A stretch of 61,879 bases of DNA. It comes from a virus. Lineage: Duplodnaviria > Caudoviricetes. The stretch covers positions 1 to 61,879 of IMG/VR virus record IMGVR_UViG_3300032073_003536; one strand, 5' to 3'. Shown piece after piece: positions 8,485 to 17,947 of the stretch (position 1 is its first letter; every line of letters starts with the position of its first letter). The translations under genes were made by a program, and so were the position numbers. Below the pieces are notes generated by a model that was not told where the DNA came from, searched no databases, and was given only the letters and a program-made list of their open reading frames with translations.

Positions 8485-9253
8485 ACAAGCCTTAAATGAA
8501 CTGAACACAAAGTATGCTAAAACACTAGAGATGTTAGACAGTTCTCTAGATGTTATAGAAGACTTAGAAAATGAAGTTGATGAACTAAAAACTACTAACA
8601 ATATTTTACAAAAAGATTTACTAAAGAAACCTAAAGTAATAACTAAGGAGATAGAAGTTGAAAAAGTCGTTGAGAAGGTTGTCGAAGTTGAGAGAAAGGT
8701 CGAGGTCCCAAAGGAGACAGTGGTCACTCGCGAAGTCAAAGTCCCAGGACCCGAGCGGATTGTTGAAGTCCCAGGACCCGAACGAGTTGTCGAAAAAATA
8801 GTAGAAGTTGAAAAAATTGTACAAGTGCCTGGACCAGAAAGGCGTATAGAAGTTCCTATAGAAAAAATTGTACAAGTGCCTGGACCAGAAAGGATTGTTA
8901 CTAAAGAGGTCCCTGGCCCAGAAGTTATAATCACTAAAGAAGTACCAGGACCTGAACGTGTAGTACAAGTTGAAGTACCTGTAGAAAAGATTGTAGAAAA
9001 GATTGTCAAAATTCCAGGAGAGAAACCTGATGTCATAGAAAAAGCATCCACTAAAGATTTACGTGAAGCCGCAAGGATTATGGCTATGAGTGAATTCAAT
9101 AAAGAAGGATTCAGTGAGGAAGAAATATTCAATATGTTGCAGAAAAGTAGTGAAGAAGATGTAAATAAACAGTTGGGGGGATTTTGGGCAATACCATTAC
9201 CAGCCGACCAAGAAGAAACAGATGAAAATCAAACGAGGTATCAAAAGAAATAA
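8462..9253 (+). CDS. Alveolin/articulin-like repeat protein
   Basis: N-terminal coiled coil, six VPGPE units interspersed with EKIVEV repeats. Confidence 0.75.
   Translation: MTKKITVKQALNELNTKYAKTLEMLDSSLDVIEDLENEVDELKTTNNILQKDLLKKPKVITKEIEVEKVVEKVVEVERKVEVPKETVVTREVKVPGPERIVEVPGPERVVEKIVEVEKIVQVPGPERRIEVPIEKIVQVPGPERIVTKEVPGPEVIITKEVPGPERVVQVEVPVEKIVEKIVKIPGEKPDVIEKASTKDLREAARIMAMSEFNKEGFSEEEIFNMLQKSSEEDVNKQLGGFWAIPLPADQEETDENQTRYQKK
8810..8893 (+). repeat. 33-bp direct repeat inside the coding repeat tract
   Basis: GAAAAAATTGTACAAGTGCCTGGACCAGAAAGG at 8810-8842 and 8861-8893. Confidence 0.9.
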
Positions 9254-10524
9254 TGTCTGACGATAAACAAGATAACAATTTAGAGTGTAGTTTTTGTGGT
9301 AAAAAACGCAACGATGTTAAAAAATTAATAGCAGGGCCTACATCCTATATTTGTAATGAATGTATTAGTATAAGTCATAAGATTATTAATGAAGAATATG
9401 ACGAAACAGACTTATTTGATGATGAGGAAATTCCTGCACCACAAGACATAAAAGACTATCTAGACGAGTATGTAATTAGTCAGGACTATGCTAAAGACAT
9501 ATTAAGTGTTTGTGCATATAATCATTACAAGAAGATTTTACATACAACAGAAAGCGAAAAGATAGAAAAAAGTAATGTACTATTATTAGGTAATACAGGT
9601 ACAGGTAAAACATTATTAGTTAAAACATTAGCAAATAAACTTAATGTACCTTTTGCAATAGCAGACGCAACTACACTAACTGAAGCAGGATATGTGGGAG
9701 AGGATGTAGAAAGTGTTATTGAACGTTTATTAAATGTATGCGACTGGAATGTACCATTAGCACAAAACGGTATAGTATTCATAGATGAGATAGATAAAAA
9801 AGCTCGTAGCAGTGAGTCTAATGCCAATACAAAGGACATAAGTGGCGAAGGTGTACAACAAGCACTCTTAAGACTTATAGAAGGTACAACTGTTAAAGTA
9901 TCAGCAAATGGATCAAAGCGAATGGATGATTACATAGAGTTTGATACATCAAATGTATTATTCATATTAGGCGGCGCATTTGTTGGCATAGATGAAATTG
10001 TTAAAAAGAAACTTAAACAAAGTTCAGTAGGATTCAATAGACCAATAAAAAGTACAACAGATAATAAAGATTGGATAGAACATGTAGAGCATGAAGATAT
10101 TATACAGTACGGGTTAATACCAGAATTTGCTGGACGATTGCCAAACATTGTTGGACTACTAGATTTAGATGAGGCAAATATGTTTAATATATTAAAAAAT
10201 TCTAAAGGTAGTGTAATTCATCAGGTTAAAAGATTATTAAAAATTGATGATATAAGTTTAGAATTTGAGGATCATTATCTTAGAGATGTTGCCAAGATAG
10301 CGGCAAAGAAAAAAGTAGGTGCAAGAGGTCTAAAAAGCATAGTAGAAAACAGTCTACATAATATTATGTTTAGAGCACCAGAGTTACAAAAAAGTGAAGT
10401 ACAACGTGTGGTGTTTAAAAAGTATCCATTTTCTGTTGACTTACATCCTACTATTGTGTATACTAATGGCATTAGTGAAATAGATAAAGACTATAAAATT
10501 AAATTAAGAGGGAACAGTGAGTAA
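9253..10524 (+). CDS. clpX: ATP-dependent Clp protease ATPase ClpX
   Basis: CSFCGK...CNEC zinc domain, [27 protein letters not shown] loop, GARGL. Confidence 0.97.
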   Translation: MSDDKQDNNLECSFCGKKRNDVKKLIAGPTSYICNECISISHKIINEEYDETDLFDDEEIPAPQDIKDYLDEYVISQDYAKDILSVCAYNHYKKILHTTESEKIEKSNVLLLGNTGTGKTLLVKTLANKLNVPFAIADATTLTEAGYVGEDVESVIERLLNVCDWNVPLAQNGIVFIDEIDKKARSSESNANTKDISGEGVQQALLRLIEGTTVKVSANGSKRMDDYIEFDTSNVLFILGGAFVGIDEIVKKKLKQSSVGFNRPIKSTTDNKDWIEHVEHEDIIQYGLIPEFAGRLPNIVGLLDLDEANMFNILKNSKGSVIHQVKRLLKIDDISLEFEDHYLRDVAKIAAKKKVGARGLKSIVENSLHNIMFRAPELQKSEVQRVVFKKYPFSVDLHPTIVYTNGISEIDKDYKIKLRGNSE

Positions 10525-10942
10525 ACCAAGGAATAACACCCACAACAAAAAATTTACAAAGGAGTGGAATACAAAAAAGAAATATGACAGTCCTAAAAAA
10601 GATGAGCATTACTTAGATGCTTATAAACCTGGCATTGAAGTTAGAAACGGAGATGTAAACAAAGCAATTCGTATTTTGAAGAAACGCCTTGAAAAAGCAG
10701 ATTTTCAAAAAGAAATGGCAAAACAGGCATTTTACGAAAAGCCTAGTGCTAAACGTAAACGTAAGAAAGACCAAGCAAAAAAACGTTGGAACAAATATGT
10801 ACGTGATGCAGAAGCAAGAGGTGAGTTTAAAATGTACGAACCTACAGGTACAAAATGGATGAAAAACAAACGTAAAACTAGAGAACATGCTAAAACCAAA
10901 CAAAGGCAACAAGCAATGTTAAGAAGTCGTGGTCATTTATAA
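10517..10942 (+). CDS. rpsU: Ribosomal protein bS21 with basic N- and C-terminal extensions
   Basis: VRNGDVNKAIRILKKR...FYEKPSAKRKRKK. Confidence 0.88.
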   Translation: MSKPRNNTHNKKFTKEWNTKKKYDSPKKDEHYLDAYKPGIEVRNGDVNKAIRILKKRLEKADFQKEMAKQAFYEKPSAKRKRKKDQAKKRWNKYVRDAEARGEFKMYEPTGTKWMKNKRKTREHAKTKQRQQAMLRSRGHL

Positions 10943-11721
10943 TGCGTATAGCCGTTGTCAGTGGTGGCTTTGATCCACTACATTCAGGACACATCAATTT
11001 ATTAGAAAGTGCAAAAGCACATGGCGATAAACTAGTAGTTCTAGTAAACAGTGATGAATGGCTATCTAGAAAAAAAGGCAGACCCTTTATGCCTTTTGAA
11101 GAGCGTTCCCTAATTATTCAACGCATGGACATGGTAGATAATGTTTATGCTGTTGACGATGAAGATGGTAGTGTAACTAAAGGACTTATACAAGTTCGTA
11201 ATGCATTTGGTACTAATCATAGTTATGTCTTTTGTAACGGAGGTGATAGAGGAAAGAATAACATACCGGAAATGGATGTAGAAGGTTACACATTTGAGTT
11301 TGCTGTAGGTGGAGATAACAAAGCCAACAGTAGCAGTTGGATACTTAAAGAATGGCAGTATCCAACAACTAGAAGGGTCTGGGGCGAGTTTAGTGACTTG
11401 TTTCAAGACGAAGCAGTTAAAGTTAAAGAACTTGTTATAGAGCCTGGCAAAGGCATTAGTTATCAACGTCATTTTAAAAGAGACGAGATATGGTTTGTTA
11501 GTAAAGGTGAATGTGAAATAAAGTATGGTGCAGATACGGATCTACCAGAACACTACACATATCATGTATTAAAAACGGATCAGTCTTTTACTGTTAGAAG
11601 AGGCAGTTGGCATCAAATTGTTAATAAAGGCATAGACCCTTGCCATATCATAGAGATACAATATGGGGAAGAAACTACAGAAGACGACATAGAACGTCTA
11701 GAATATTACAACGGAGAATAA
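10942..11721 (+). CDS. Cytidylyltransferase-like domain fused to mannose-6-P isomerase type II cupin
   Basis: SGGFDPLHSGH, NGGDR, KANSSS; RVWG, SYQRHFKRDEIW, IEIQYG...EDDIER. Confidence 0.88.
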   Translation: MRIAVVSGGFDPLHSGHINLLESAKAHGDKLVVLVNSDEWLSRKKGRPFMPFEERSLIIQRMDMVDNVYAVDDEDGSVTKGLIQVRNAFGTNHSYVFCNGGDRGKNNIPEMDVEGYTFEFAVGGDNKANSSSWILKEWQYPTTRRVWGEFSDLFQDEAVKVKELVIEPGKGISYQRHFKRDEIWFVSKGECEIKYGADTDLPEHYTYHVLKTDQSFTVRRGSWHQIVNKGIDPCHIIEIQYGEETTEDDIERLEYYNGE

Positions 11722-12161
11722 TGGAATTGAAAAAATTAAACGAAAGTAAAGTATGCGACATACTTAATACAATAGTGGAATATGAGATGGCAGGTGTTGT
11801 TAGATACGCACACAGTTCTTTAATGGTTACTGGTCCATACAGGATACCTATTGTGCAATTCTTACAGGAACAAGCAAATGAGAGTTTACAACATGCCTTA
11901 CAGGCAGGTGAACTAATCACAGGATTAGACGGACATCCTAGTCAAATTATTGCACCTATTGATGAATCACATGACCATTCTATTTTGAGAATACTTGAAG
12001 AGAGTTTGGAACATGAAACTTTTGCAGTAGATTTATATAAAGAGTTATTGCGGGAAGTAGAAGGTGCCAGTGTGTATTTAGAAGAATATGCTCGAGGACA
12101 AATTGGTCAAGAAGAACAACACGCATTAGAAATTAAAAAAATGTTAAAAGACTTTGCATGA
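11721..12161 (+). CDS. Bacterioferritin/ferritin-like protein
   Basis: EMAGVVRY, ESLQH, LEHE, EEQH di-iron ligands; start at MELKK after GGAG. Confidence 0.85.
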   Translation: MELKKLNESKVCDILNTIVEYEMAGVVRYAHSSLMVTGPYRIPIVQFLQEQANESLQHALQAGELITGLDGHPSQIIAPIDESHDHSILRILEESLEHETFAVDLYKELLREVEGASVYLEEYARGQIGQEEQHALEIKKMLKDFA

Positions 12162-12343
12162 AAACAATACGAGCGACAATTCAAATAGAAGTTCCGTATT
12201 CAAATGAATATATGAACTATGGGGATAAGTTAGATACAGAACTAAGAAGAGTTATAGATAACACACCTTTTTTAAATTGTGGTATAGAGGCAGGAAACTT
12301 GGAACCAAATGGTAATCCAACACTTAGATTAAAAGATGACTGA
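12158..12343 (+). CDS. Hypothetical protein
   Basis: ATGA-coupled ORF. Confidence 0.6.
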   Translation: MKTIRATIQIEVPYSNEYMNYGDKLDTELRRVIDNTPFLNCGIEAGNLEPNGNPTLRLKDD

Positions 12344-12422
12344 TTGGACAACCATAATTATTGTTGTTGCCTTTTTAATTTTTATATATATTAATAACAA
12401 CAACCAGAGGCCTAAATTTTGA
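12336..12422 (+). CDS. Small membrane peptide (28 aa)
   Basis: MTDWTTIIIVVAFLIFIYINNNNQRPKF fills the gap, overlapping both neighbours. Confidence 0.5.
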   Translation: MTDWTTIIIVVAFLIFIYINNNNQRPKF

Positions 12423-12877
12423 GGTTACATTACAAAGATTGCGGTAAGATAGGATTCACTTGTAGTACATTTGATTTACTACATGCTGGACATGTAACAA
12501 TGTTAGAAGAAGCAAAAAGACATTGTGATTTCCTTATTGTTGGATTGCAGAACGATCCTACATTAGACAGGCCCGAAAAGAATGCACCAGTACAGAGTAT
12601 TGTGGAAAGGCAAATACAACTGGCGGCAGTAAAATATGTAGATGAAATAGTTATCTATAACACAGAACAAGACCTAATAGACCTTTTACTAACACTTCCT
12701 ATAGATGTAAGAGTACTAGGTGACGAATACAAAAACAAAGACTTCACAGGCAAAGATATTGCTAAACAACGTGGCAGTAAGATAATTTACAACGGTAGAG
12801 ACCATTCATTTAGTAGTAGCAGTTTGCGTAAGAGAGTTGCATTTGCAGATAGCGATTTTGTAAACAAAGAAAAATAA
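12419..12877 (+). CDS. Glycerol-3-phosphate cytidylyltransferase-like (TagD)
   Basis: TFDLLHAGH, LIVGL, KYVDEI, RDHSFSSSSLR. Confidence 0.88.
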   Translation: MRLHYKDCGKIGFTCSTFDLLHAGHVTMLEEAKRHCDFLIVGLQNDPTLDRPEKNAPVQSIVERQIQLAAVKYVDEIVIYNTEQDLIDLLLTLPIDVRVLGDEYKNKDFTGKDIAKQRGSKIIYNGRDHSFSSSSLRKRVAFADSDFVNKEK

Positions 12878-12941
12878 TCTTCAAGTATTATTCGAATGTG
12901 CATCAACAGGTGTGCATTTAAGTAATTAAAAGGAGATTAAA

Positions 12942-13322
12942 ATGAAATACTTAATATTAGTACTAGCACTAGTTTCTTTTAGTGCATCAGCGGCAACGGT
13001 CATTAACTTTGATGATGGTTCTACATTGACCCTTAAAGAAGACGAAATGATTCACGTTACTAAAGATTTGTTATATCGACGACAAAGTTATAATAACGGT
13101 CGAACTGTTCAGTTCAAAGTTTATCCTGAAACTACTAAACGAGATTATGTTGAAGTAGACACAGGAACTGAACCTAATCAGGTAGTTGGTTCACACGAAT
13201 GGTGTAAGGCATATATTCCATGGAGCGAAGGTTTAACTTTCACTATGGTAACATGGCAACGTTTTTGTGATACAAACGGCGACAGTATCTATGACGAAAA
13301 TGACCAGGGTTGGGAAGGCTAA
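12942..13322 (+). CDS. Exported hypothetical protein
   Basis: Signal peptide ending ASA; strong AAGGAG RBS. Confidence 0.75.
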   Translation: MKYLILVLALVSFSASAATVINFDDGSTLTLKEDEMIHVTKDLLYRRQSYNNGRTVQFKVYPETTKRDYVEVDTGTEPNQVVGSHEWCKAYIPWSEGLTFTMVTWQRFCDTNGDSIYDENDQGWEG

Positions 13323-13332
13323 TTAAAAAAGG

Positions 13333-13360
13333 TTGACATTGTGGATAAAAGACGTATAAT
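13333..13360 (+). promoter_or_regulatory. Sigma70-type promoter
   Basis: AAAAGG-TTGACA-N16-TATAAT. Confidence 0.8.
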
Positions 13361-13416
13361 AGTAAACAAGTTAGGCAAACATGGACCTAACATTAATGTT
13401 GAAATTAGGAGGTCAT

Positions 13417-13674
13417 ATGACTACAACAACAACTAAAGAAATGAAAGTTCTATCCGCTTTACAAGAAGGCAGAACTCTTTCATCAGCACAAATCAAATCA
13501 TTTTTTGGTGCTGGAAACCCACAAGCAGTGATTCAATCGCTAAGATTCAAAGGATTTCCAATCTATTTGAATACTGTAACTGATACTAAAGGTAGAAGCA
13601 GAAACGTATATCGTTTAGGTACAGCCTCTAGAGCAGTTGTAGCCGCTGGTTATAAAGCATTAGCAACTTCTTAA
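13417..13674 (+). CDS. Small winged-helix DNA-binding protein
   Basis: KVLSALQEGRTLSSAQI...NPQAVIQSLRFKGFPIY...YRLG; AGGAGG RBS. Confidence 0.7.
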   Translation: MTTTTTKEMKVLSALQEGRTLSSAQIKSFFGAGNPQAVIQSLRFKGFPIYLNTVTDTKGRSRNVYRLGTASRAVVAAGYKALATS

Positions 13675-13687
13675 TAAAGAAGAAAAT

Positions 13688-13717
13688 AAAAAGGGAGACT
13701 TCGGTCTCCTTTTTTTA
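13688..13717 (+). terminator. Rho-independent terminator
   Basis: GGGAGAC-TTCG-GTCTCCT followed by a T-run. Confidence 0.9.
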
Positions 13718-13934
13718 TGGGCGAATACACCTACCTATCCTAATTAACCTATTATTTTGGATACATTTAGCATTAGTTAATACGGATATTATAGTAACTT
13801 CGTTCAGTAGAAAACAGCAAAACAGTAGCGAATTTATAATAGAGCAATCGATGTAAAGGCCCAGTTTAATGCTAAATACTACTACCAATCACAACCTCTC
13901 TTTATATTACATATCAATGAGTTATTTAAAAAAC

Positions 13935-13962
13935 TTGACATGAAGTTAAATTTATGTATAAT
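13935..13962 (+). promoter_or_regulatory. Sigma70-type promoter
   Basis: TTGACA-N16-TATAAT. Confidence 0.8.
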
Positions 13963-14040
13963 ATAGTAATGTTGCAGGGATGATGCAGAGTAATTCTATT
14001 CTGTTTTTGAACTGTAACTGTAATAAAAAAGGAGGGATAA

Positions 14041-14649
14041 ATGAAAAATTTATTCACATTAATGGTAGCAACAATGCTATCGGTACCAACCTTCGCCGCT
14101 GATTTTGGTGGTAAAGTTGGTATAGCATCTGATAATATATTCAGAGGCGTTAACATGAGTGACGGGTTTGGATACTCTGCTCAAGGCAATTTAAGTCTTG
14201 ACAATGGTATCTTTGCTGGAGCAAGTGTTATGTCACTGGATGAAAATTCAGATTTAATGACAACTATGTTGGTTGGTTATAGTTTTGACTTAGGTGGCGT
14301 TGATTTTAACGTTGCATACGTTGACCGTGGCTTCCAAGGTGTTGACATTGACGGATGGGAAGAATTAAACGTGAGAGCGGATTTCGACCTATTTGGCGTA
14401 TACTACTCTAAAGGACTAGATGATGCAGGTGATTTCTACAAAGTAGATTCAAGTGCATTAAAAGTTGTTGACGTTGCCTATGGTGACTGGGACAATGCAG
14501 GTTCTTATTGGGAAGTATCTAAGTCTTTTGACTTAGCCGCCGGTAGTGTAAAAGTTGGTTATATTGACCACGAGTTAAATGACGAAGACTTCAGTGACAA
14601 AATCACTGACGTAGACAACTTTTATGTAGGCTACTCTTATAGTTTCTAA
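14041..14649 (+). CDS. Outer-membrane beta-barrel, TorF/Gcw_chp-like porin
   Basis: Signal peptide, ASDNIFRG motif, alternating beta strands, terminal YVGYSYSF. Confidence 0.8.
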   Translation: MKNLFTLMVATMLSVPTFAADFGGKVGIASDNIFRGVNMSDGFGYSAQGNLSLDNGIFAGASVMSLDENSDLMTTMLVGYSFDLGGVDFNVAYVDRGFQGVDIDGWEELNVRADFDLFGVYYSKGLDDAGDFYKVDSSALKVVDVAYGDWDNAGSYWEVSKSFDLAAGSVKVGYIDHELNDEDFSDKITDVDNFYVGYSYSF

Positions 14650-14669
14650 TTACTTAGAAATCTTTAAGT

Positions 14670-14701
14670 AAAAAGCACATCTTAGGGTGTGCTTTTTTTT
14701 T
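14670..14701 (+). terminator. Rho-independent terminator
   Basis: AAAAGCACATC-TTAG-GGTGTGCTTTTTTTTT. Confidence 0.88.
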
Positions 14702-14713
14702 GGTTATAAAAGG

Positions 14714-14742
14714 TTGACATTAATATAGATTTTTAGTATACT
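14714..14742 (+). promoter_or_regulatory. Sigma70-type promoter
   Basis: AAAAGG-TTGACA-N17-TATACT. Confidence 0.8.
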
Positions 14743-14775
14743 AGTAAGTTCATTAAATATAAAAGAGGTATTTTT

Positions 14776-15003
14776 ATGAATAATGTAATGAATATAGCCA
14801 AAGACTTTGTGTCTGGTGTAACAGCAATCTTAATATCATTATTAGGATTAGGTGTTGTAGCAAACCTATTGTTTGGTAACACTATCATCATTGGTGATGT
14901 GGTTGCAAATATTACTAACCTAGTTACTACTTTAGGTAACGGTGGATTAGTAGGTCTTATCGTGGCTGTGATTGTTATTTCTTTCTTTTTAGACAAGAAG
15001 TAA
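14776..15003 (+). CDS. Small membrane protein (paralog of 58282..58524)
   Basis: SLLGLGVV..LLFG...VV.NI...GLVGL. Confidence 0.75.
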   Translation: MNNVMNIAKDFVSGVTAILISLLGLGVVANLLFGNTIIIGDVVANITNLVTTLGNGGLVGLIVAVIVISFFLDKK

Positions 15004-15018
15004 TAATTTTTTAAACTT

Positions 15019-15044
15019 AAAAGGTAGTTAATTCTACCTTTTTT
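15019..15044 (+). terminator. Rho-independent terminator
   Basis: AAAAGGTAG...CTACCTTTTTT. Confidence 0.75.
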
Positions 15045-15076
15045 GCTGAAAGATGCCAGAAAAAGTGGTAAAAAGG

Positions 15077-15105
15077 TTGACTCTGATCCCATATTTTAGT
15101 ATAAT
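15077..15105 (+). promoter_or_regulatory. Sigma70-type promoter
   Basis: AAAAGG-TTGACT-N17-TATAAT. Confidence 0.8.
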
Positions 15106-15139
15106 ATATGTATATTAAATAAAAACGTAGGAGTTTTTT

Positions 15140-15514
15140 ATGCAGAATTTAAACACAATTAACCAAAGTAAAGACAAGATTACATCAGTGCCTGGTCTTT
15201 GGATTGGTTCTTTAACTTGTTATTACAATGACGATAGACCTGGTAAGAATATACAACTTACTTCGCTTGAAGAAATGTGGTATGGACATGAAGAAAACAT
15301 TAATCATCCAGAAGGTTCAGAACATCCTGAGAGTGTAAATGTTCCTCACTTCAAGTTAATGAGAGAAAGAGTTTTTAATTCTGTATTAGCAAGAACTGGT
15401 ATTGATGTTAGAGATTTTGATAATATTATACATGCTTCAACTTCACCTGGTAGAGACAAAGATGGAAACATCATTGAACATGGTAATGAAAAAAATATTG
15501 TGAGGAACGTTTAA
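15140..15514 (+). CDS. Hypothetical protein
   Basis: AGGAG RBS; first gene after the promoter. Confidence 0.7.
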   Translation: MQNLNTINQSKDKITSVPGLWIGSLTCYYNDDRPGKNIQLTSLEEMWYGHEENINHPEGSEHPESVNVPHFKLMRERVFNSVLARTGIDVRDFDNIIHASTSPGRDKDGNIIEHGNEKNIVRNV

Positions 15515-15864
15515 TGATTAAAGAAAGAAATACAACTGTCCTTGCTTCAGACTATCAAAGTACTGAGCAACTTAAAAAGTTTCTGGTGCATTGTACTGGT
15601 GCTAAACTAACACCAGTTGCTAGAACTGATAACGCATTTTGGATATCGGGTGATAAAAGAGGCGACTACTACGAGCAAAAATATTACAAAGTAGTATTTG
15701 GTCCAGTCACCCAAGTCTCTTATGGTCAAGGTAGAAGCGAAAAGTCAGGCTATGGTTTTGACATTCAATCCTCAGGTGACTACATGGGTTGGTCAATGAT
15801 GGGCGAATACAGAACAATGATTAAAGAAGCGATTGCTGACTACAAGCAGAAAGAGACTGCATAA
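15514..15864 (+). CDS. Hypothetical protein
   Basis: TAATG coupling. Confidence 0.7.
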   Translation: MIKERNTTVLASDYQSTEQLKKFLVHCTGAKLTPVARTDNAFWISGDKRGDYYEQKYYKVVFGPVTQVSYGQGRSEKSGYGFDIQSSGDYMGWSMMGEYRTMIKEAIADYKQKETA

Positions 15865-15872
15865 TTTGACAA

Positions 15873-16241
15873 ATGACTAATAAGCATAAAAAACAAGTTC
15901 ATAATTTTGTGCAATCTACATTTAAAATTGTAGGTTGTTCTTTATTGTTTCTTGGATTGACTATGAGTTTAGGAATATCTGTAAATCCTCATATGGAACT
16001 TACAGCATACATGATGTTATTTATTGGTACAATACTAATAATGACACATAGTTTTAGAGGTAATGACCACATGTTCTTATTAGTTTCTAGTGCAGGTTTT
16101 TTATTGACTAGTAATGCATTCTTAGGCACAGAAACTGCATTAATGATTGCAGATAGTTATGGTATTGCACTCACAGAAGAAGAAGGTTGGTTTGCTAAGT
16201 ATGGCAAATTGTTTGTAGAAATATTAAAGGCGGTAGCATAA
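15873..16241 (+). CDS. Membrane protein
   Basis: About three hydrophobic helices. Confidence 0.7.
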   Translation: MTNKHKKQVHNFVQSTFKIVGCSLLFLGLTMSLGISVNPHMELTAYMMLFIGTILIMTHSFRGNDHMFLLVSSAGFLLTSNAFLGTETALMIADSYGIALTEEEGWFAKYGKLFVEILKAVA

Positions 16242-16678
16242 TGACAATGCATCTTGCACAAGGTCTAACGACTATTAGGAATAAAAAGTATAAGCCTAAA
16301 ATGACAAAGGCAAATATTGCCAAGTGGACAGAAGGATTACGTCTTAAAAATAAACAGAATAAACGTATGGGTATGCCTAAATGGACATTTGACCAATATG
16401 TAGATTACTGTCACGGCATATCACCTAAAGTAGATCCTAGAAGTAGAGAAGCATTTAAGTCGGTAAAGCCTGACACATCTCGAGTTAATGATATGATTGA
16501 ACATCAAAAGAAATATCCTAGTATGCCTATATCAACGAGTAACAGGACAGACGGTGTTGATATGAAATGGGAGAACGAAAAACGTGAAATTAGTTCTGGT
16601 TACACTATTGCTCCAGCATACAATAAAGGGGCATATCAAGTTATTGGTAAGGCTAACATAAAAGATATAGGCAAGTGA
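16241..16678 (+). CDS. Conserved myophage hypothetical protein
   Basis: C-terminal IAPAYNKGAYQVI motif. Confidence 0.7.
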   Translation: MTMHLAQGLTTIRNKKYKPKMTKANIAKWTEGLRLKNKQNKRMGMPKWTFDQYVDYCHGISPKVDPRSREAFKSVKPDTSRVNDMIEHQKKYPSMPISTSNRTDGVDMKWENEKREISSGYTIAPAYNKGAYQVIGKANIKDIGK

Positions 16679-16878
16679 GTGACCAAGAAGGAAATTCTAA
16701 AAGATGGCAAGACAACTCAGACGGCTGGGTTAAAACTATGACAGAGTCAAAAGAAAAGAAAGAAGCAAGGCGCCAACTGCTCAAAGGTGAATGTAATCAC
16801 GGAGACCTAGGCTGGTGCGAAGTATGTGCATACGATATCAATGGCGAGAGAGTAGCATTTAAAGGAATAGATTATTAG
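16675..16878 (+). CDS. Hypothetical protein
   Basis: GTGA-coupled; CNH...CEVC possible zinc site. Confidence 0.6.
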   Translation: MSDQEGNSKRWQDNSDGWVKTMTESKEKKEARRQLLKGECNHGDLGWCEVCAYDINGERVAFKGIDY

Positions 16879-16879
16879 T

Positions 16880-17140
16880 ATGACTACAGAATTAGCAAAA
16901 CTAAATAATAACGAATTAGTATACGGAACATATGATGAAGTAGAAGCATACGCAGAAAAAAATGATACCTGTGTAGACCGATATTTTGACCATATAAATC
17001 CTTCTACTGTTTACAATAAATTTAAATGGGTAGGAACAGGATTATCAGATCCTTTTGCAGTTTCCGTACCTTATAATTATGATAAGGCTGAACCAGCCGG
17101 TACGTTTAACACTAGAGGTGTTAATACAGACAAATGGTAG
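16880..17140 (+). CDS. Hypothetical protein
   Basis: Tightly packed ORF. Confidence 0.65.
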   Translation: MTTELAKLNNNELVYGTYDEVEAYAEKNDTCVDRYFDHINPSTVYNKFKWVGTGLSDPFAVSVPYNYDKAEPAGTFNTRGVNTDKW

Positions 17141-17150
17141 AGGTAATATA

Positions 17151-17429
17151 ATGGCAATGAGACGAGATGAAAGAACTGTATCTTTTGAAATAAAAGAATC
17201 AGAGTGGCTAGGTGAAAAAGGTGTACAACATCTTTACAGTTTTAAAAACGGTTATGGTGCCAGTGTTGTAAAGCACAAAGGATCCTATGGGTATGACGCA
17301 GGTAAATGGGAGTTAGCAGTTTTAAAAGGCGAAGACTTGTGCTATGATACAGAAATTACCGATGACGTAATAGGATATTTAAATGATCCTGAAGTTGATA
17401 GATATTTAGGAATGATTGCAAGTTTATGA
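17151..17429 (+). CDS. Conserved phage hypothetical protein
   Basis: FKNGYGASV...SYG...WELAVL...DDVIGYL; GAGGT RBS. Confidence 0.75.
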   Translation: MAMRRDERTVSFEIKESEWLGEKGVQHLYSFKNGYGASVVKHKGSYGYDAGKWELAVLKGEDLCYDTEITDDVIGYLNDPEVDRYLGMIASL

Positions 17430-17641
17430 GTGAAGATAATAAAATAGATAAAAGCCATGGTAAGTGGCACGGTGGAAAAGGCTCCGCTAGAAAGGACAAT
17501 AACAATTCTAAATTTGCAGATGGCTGGGACGCCATATGGGGCAAAAAAGAAAAAGACAGTGGACTTACTAGAAGAGAGCAAGTATTGTTAGATCCATTAG
17601 AAGCAAGTAAACGAAGCGACGAAAGTAAAAAGGAAAAATGA
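17426..17641 (+). CDS. Hypothetical protein
   Basis: WHGGKGS.RK...FADGWDAIW phage-type motif. Confidence 0.65.
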   Translation: MSEDNKIDKSHGKWHGGKGSARKDNNNSKFADGWDAIWGKKEKDSGLTRREQVLLDPLEASKRSDESKKEK

Positions 17642-17904
17642 CAATACCTGACGTAATAGGATTAATAGGAGTAGCATTATTAATTATAACTTATGCATTA
17701 CTCCAGTTAGATAGAATAGACCCTAAAGGGTTTTGGTATAGTTTTAATAACTTAATGGTAGCAATACTTGTTACTGTAAGTTTAATTTATACACCAAATC
17801 TTGCTAGTATTGTAATCGAAGTATTTTGGTTTCTAATTAGTTTGTTTGGTGTCGTCATGTTTTATAAAAGAAAGGACTTGACAAAAAAAGGAAATAGTAT
17901 ATAA
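17638..17904 (+). CDS. Small three-helix membrane protein (CBU_0592-like)
   Basis: IGLIGVALLIITYALLQ...NLASIVIEVFWFLISLFG. Confidence 0.7.
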   Translation: MTIPDVIGLIGVALLIITYALLQLDRIDPKGFWYSFNNLMVAILVTVSLIYTPNLASIVIEVFWFLISLFGVVMFYKRKDLTKKGNSI

Positions 17905-17905
17905 T
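17878..17905 (+). promoter_or_regulatory. Sigma70-type promoter
   Basis: TTGACA-N16-TATAAT. Confidence 0.75.
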
Positions 17906-17947
17906 AATATTTTAACATAACATAAAGACCGAGGAGGGTCGTTCACT

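Noticed and set aside
8220-9132. Long minus-strand ORFs (82, 226, 115 aa)
   Set aside because: Antisense shadows of the low-complexity repeat genes
13765-13877. Retron msr-msd
   Set aside because: Terminal inverted repeats are present but there is no reverse transcriptase in the window
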